Positions 15,465 through 18,704 of a stretch of 18,704 bases of DNA are shown here, piece by piece. The notes under the pieces were generated by a model, which searched no databases, was not told the DNA's origin, and saw only the letters and a program-made list of their open reading frames with translations. Within the stretch, counting starts at the first letter, position 1. Each line of letters opens with the position of its first letter. This DNA comes from Gemmatimonadota bacterium. GTDB taxonomy: Bacteria; Gemmatimonadota; Gemmatimonadetes; Gemmatimonadales; GWC2-71-9. The position numbers were made by a program, and so were the translations under genes. The stretch spans positions 1 to 18,704 of the forward strand of contig QHTZ01000105.1 in assembly GCA_003221005.1 (NCBI GenBank), read 5' to 3'.

Positions 15465-16406
15465 CTATTTCTGGCCGATCCTCTTGAGTCGGATGGAGCC
15501 GTTCACCGAGTTGAGCTCGATGCGGCGGCCGCCGGTGCCGAGCGTGCCCGCTGCGTGATGGGCCACGAACTTGCTCCCAACCGTTAGGGGAAAGTCGCTC
15601 TCGATGGTTCCGTTCACCGTGTTCGCGTCCACCGCGGCGTCGATGCGGGCCGGGAGCTCCACGGTCACCGCCCCATTCACGGTCATCACCTTGACCTGGC
15701 CCGTGTCGGCGAAGCCACGCATGGAGGCGCGGACGCTGCCGTTCACCGAGTACGCGTTCACCGGGCCCCGCGCGGTCTCCGCCTGGACGTCGCCGCTGAC
15801 GGTGCCGGCGACGACAGGTGCGCTGGCGCCGACCACGCGCACGGCTCCGCTCACGGTGGTCGCGCCGATCGCGACCCCACGCGGGAGCCGGACGGTGAAG
15901 TTGACCCGAACGTCGTTGTGCGAGACGTGTCGCTGGTGGTACGCCTCGCCCGGGCCACAGCGGTTGTCCCGGTCCCCCCTGCCCCACAGCGCGCAGATCG
16001 TGATGCCGTCGCTCCCGGGCGCGGCGACGATTCGCACGGTCCCGGGATCAGAGTGTCCGAAGCGCTTCACGGCGCTGACCTCGAGCGAGTCGCCGCTGGT
16101 GGGCTCGACGGTGACCGACCCCGACCGGTCGCGGATCCAAACCCATTGTCGTGGCGCGACGGGCGCGCGGTACGTCCAGGTGTCGCCGGTGGCGAGGGGG
16201 CCGACGGCGGAATCCGCGGCGTCGTCGAGGCCGCTCATCAGGCCGCCCAGGCCCCGTGGCAGCATGCCCGTCAGCTGCTGGCGCGCCTGCCGCGCCCGAC
16301 CCACGAGGTGGTTGATGACCAAGCCGAGCACCAGCGCTGCCGAGCAGAGCGCGACGAAGCGGATGATGTCGCGGCGCCAGCCGAGCCAGAACGCCTTCAG
16401 GTCCAT
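15465..16406 (-). CDS. DUF4097-family beta-strand-repeat (adhesin-like) protein with N-terminal TM anchor (313 aa)
   Basis: ATG 16406 follows AAGGAG. TM helix FVALCSAALVLGLVINHL is followed by repeats TTVSGAVRV, GTVSGDVQA, YSVNGSVRA, MTVNGAVTV, NTVNGTIES and NSVNGSIRL. Confidence 0.85.
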   Translation of the reverse strand: MDLKAFWLGWRRDIIRFVALCSAALVLGLVINHLVGRARQARQQLTGMLPRGLGGLMSGLDDAADSAVGPLATGDTWTYRAPVAPRQWVWIRDRSGSVTVEPTSGDSLEVSAVKRFGHSDPGTVRIVAAPGSDGITICALWGRGDRDNRCGPGEAYHQRHVSHNDVRVNFTVRLPRGVAIGATTVSGAVRVVGASAPVVAGTVSGDVQAETARGPVNAYSVNGSVRASMRGFADTGQVKVMTVNGAVTVELPARIDAAVDANTVNGTIESDFPLTVGSKFVAHHAAGTLGTGGRRIELNSVNGSIRLKRIGQK

Positions 16407-16461
16407 GGAGGGACTCCTTCCGGGGGCCGTACGGGCCCCCGCCCGACGCGGTTTCGGGCGA

Positions 16462-17016
16462 TCACTCTCGGAGGTACGGGCGCACGTGAGTCTCATAGCA
16501 GTCGGGACAGATGCCGTGACTGAACTGCGCGGCCGAGCGTCCCTCGACATAGCGCTCGAGCGGCACCCACGTGCCGTGCTCGTCCCGCAGCCGCTTGCAG
16601 TAGCTGCAGATCGCGAGCAACCCTTCGAGGGTCAGGAGCTCGTGGCGCAGTCCCAAAATGCGCTCGGCGACCTTGAGGCGCGCGATGAGCTCGTCGGGGA
16701 AGATCGGCTTCGTGATGAAGTCGTCCACGCCGGCCGCCATCGCCTCGAGAAAGTTGCCGCGCCCGCTGCGCACGGTCTCGAGGATGAAATAGGTGTAGGG
16801 CGCCTGCGCGTGCGCGCGGATCCTGCGGCACAGCTCGAGGCCGTCCATCTGGGGCATCAGCCAATCGGCGACCACCACGCGATGCTGGGTGATCTGCCAG
16901 ACGCCCCAGGCTTCTGCCCCGTTCTCCGCCGGCACGACCTCGTGCCCCTGGGCCGCGAGGATCGCCTCGAGCATTTGCCGCGACGCGGCCTCGTCCTCGA
17001 CGAGCAGGACCTTCAT
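16462..17016 (-). CDS. Response regulator: REC domain + Cys/His-rich C-terminal domain (184 aa)
   Basis: REC motifs LLVEDE, VADWLMPQMDG and FITKP are present. Tail is LEGLLAICSYCKRLRD...W..LERY...FSHGICPDC. ATGA overlap with the kinase stop. Confidence 0.9.
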   Translation of the reverse strand: MKVLLVEDEAASRQMLEAILAAQGHEVVPAENGAEAWGVWQITQHRVVVADWLMPQMDGLELCRRIRAHAQAPYTYFILETVRSGRGNFLEAMAAGVDDFITKPIFPDELIARLKVAERILGLRHELLTLEGLLAICSYCKRLRDEHGTWVPLERYVEGRSAAQFSHGICPDCYETHVRPYLRE

Positions 17017-18704
17017 CGCGGCGCCTCCATGCGGACCTCCGCCGGGGCGTGACGGCGACGCAAGTAGTCCACCACAGCTGCGAGCTCCGACTCAGCGCCC
17101 TGCAGGTCGTCACGAGCGCGGTCCACGTCGCCTTCGCGCCCCGCCGTCTCCATCCGCTCGAGCAGGCCGGCGAGGCCGCGGGCACCGATCGTGCCCGCCG
17201 CTCCCCGCAGGGCATGCGCGGCGCGCGCGACGTCCGGCGCCACCCGGCTCGCGAGCGCGGCGACGAGCGCGGCCATGCGCTCGGGCGCCTGCCGCGCGAA
17301 CGTGTCGAGGATCGAGTCGACCGCCTCCTCCGCTCCGGCTTCGCGCAGCGTGCTCCGGAATGCTTCGAGGTCCACGGGCACGCCGACGAGCGCACCCTCA
17401 GCTCCAGGCTTCTCATGCCCGCGATCGACGCTGCCCTCGAGCACGGCGAACAGCTCGTGCGCTTTGAACGGCTTCGCGAGATAGCCTGTCATCCCACGCG
17501 CGAGACAGTTCTCCCGCTCGCCCGACAGCGCGTGGGCGGTCAGGGCGACGATCGGCAGGTCCTTCCCGTGCGGCAGGCTGCGGATCGCCGCGGTCGCCTC
17601 GAAGCCGTCCATCTCCGGCATCTGGATATCCATCAGTACCACGTCGTAGGCGCGACGCCGCACCGCGGCGACGGCTTCGCGGCCGTTGTTCACGGTATCC
17701 ACGGTGTGCCCGCGCTTGAGGAGCATGGCCACCGCCACCTGCTGGTTCACGAGGTTGTCCTCCGCGAGGAGGATCTGCAGCGAGCGGCGCGACTCGGCGA
17801 TCGTATGCCGCGTGACGAGGGTCGCCGCGCTCGCCAACGGTGATCCCGCGAGCACGGTGCCGAGCGCTTCGACCAGGTCCGCACGGGAGATCGGCTTGGT
17901 CAGATAGGCCTGGATGCCGAGCTGGCGGCACCGCTCGCCGTCGCCCCGTCGGCCCGCCGAGGTGAGCATCAGCAGCCTCGCCTGCGTGAGCCTCGAGTCG
18001 GCCCGCACGGCGGCCGCAAGGTCGAACCCGTCCTCATCCGGCATCTGGGCGTCGAGAATCGTCAAGTCGTAGGGAGCGCCTTTCGCGACCGCACGGCGCA
18101 ACGCCTCGAGCCCGCTCGTCGCATTGGTCGCCTCATCCACCGCGACACCCTCGGCGGCGAGCATGTCGCGCAAGATGCGGCGATTGGTCTCGTTGTCGTC
18201 CACCACCAGCAGGCGGCGACCGCCGAGCGATGCACGACCGCCGGCCGGCAACTCCACCGTCGCCTCGACGGGCAGCGAAAGCGTGAAATGAAACTCGCTG
18301 CCGCGGCCCACCTCGCTCCTGACGGAGAGCTCACCACCCATGAGCCGGACGAGCTTCTGCGAGATGGCCAGGCCGAGGCCCGTTCCCCCGTAGCGCCGCG
18401 TCATGGACACGTCCGCTTGCGTGAATTCGTCGAATATGGCCCCGAGCTGCTCCGGCGCGATCCCGATGCCGGTGTCGCGCACGCTGAAGCGGACCCGGGC
18501 ACGTCCCCCGTCTTCCGCAGCGCTCGCAACCGACACCACCACCTCGCCCGCTTCCGTGAACTTGATGGCGTTCCCGACGAGGTTGGTGAGGACCTGGCGC
18601 ACCCGAGTCGGGTCGCCGCGCACGATCCGCGGTGTTTCGGCGGGCACGTCGGCCAACAGCTCGAGGTGCTTCTCGCGCGCCCGTACCGCGAGGAGGCTCG
18701 TGGT
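17013..18704 (-). CDS. Hybrid sensor histidine kinase (HATPase_c-REC-REC-Hpt); 5' part outside window
   Basis: Frame is open to 18704 (TTSLLAVRAREKHLELLADV...). N box QVLTNLVGNAIKFT, G1 VRDTGIGI, F box IFDEFTQAD and G2 GGTGLGLAI are present, then REC1 ILDAQMP, REC2 LMDIQMP and Hpt AAHALRGAAGTIGA. Confidence 0.95.
   Translation of the reverse strand, partial: TTSLLAVRAREKHLELLADVPAETPRIVRGDPTRVRQVLTNLVGNAIKFTEAGEVVVSVASAAEDGGRARVRFSVRDTGIGIAPEQLGAIFDEFTQADVSMTRRYGGTGLGLAISQKLVRLMGGELSVRSEVGRGSEFHFTLSLPVEATVELPAGGRASLGGRRLLVVDDNETNRRILRDMLAAEGVAVDEATNATSGLEALRRAVAKGAPYDLTILDAQMPDEDGFDLAAAVRADSRLTQARLLMLTSAGRRGDGERCRQLGIQAYLTKPISRADLVEALGTVLAGSPLASAATLVTRHTIAESRRSLQILLAEDNLVNQQVAVAMLLKRGHTVDTVNNGREAVAAVRRRAYDVVLMDIQMPEMDGFEATAAIRSLPHGKDLPIVALTAHALSGERENCLARGMTGYLAKPFKAHELFAVLEGSVDRGHEKPGAEGALVGVPVDLEAFRSTLREAGAEEAVDSILDTFARQAPERMAALVAALASRVAPDVARAAHALRGAAGTIGARGLAGLLERMETAGREGDVDRARDDLQGAESELAAVVDYLRRRHAPAEVRMEAPR

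Overview
High-GC bacterial chromosomal window, probably from a diderm of the Gemmatimonadota type (inferred from gene style, not proven). It is densely coding and shows no mobile element or CRISPR array. Left end: a truncated polytopic GT-C-like membrane protein (-) lies divergent from a secreted FecR/DUF6600-type protein with a long Pro/Arg/Glu repeat tail (+), which converges on tRNA-Pro(UGG). Centre: a tightly coupled 9-gene minus-strand operon (13209->4071) encodes, in order, a YbgC-like thioesterase, a HEAT-repeat/cyclophilin, a gluzincin peptidase + PD40 propeller + Omp85 barrel fusion, a LolB/DUF4292-like lipoprotein, an LptE-like lipoprotein, a DUF4845-like protein, a cation:proton antiporter, an RfaE-II heptose adenylyltransferase and RdgB. 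It is transcribed back-to-back with lpxH. Right end (-): a truncated hybrid histidine kinase (HATPase-REC-REC-Hpt), a response regulator with a Cys/His-rich tail, a DUF4097 protein, a DAG-kinase-family lipid kinase and a DUF5683-like protein. The most interesting feature is the central cluster, which reads like a non-canonical outer-membrane assembly/quality-control module built around a POTRA-less protease-propeller-Omp85 fusion. All family calls come from motif recognition by eye, not database searches.
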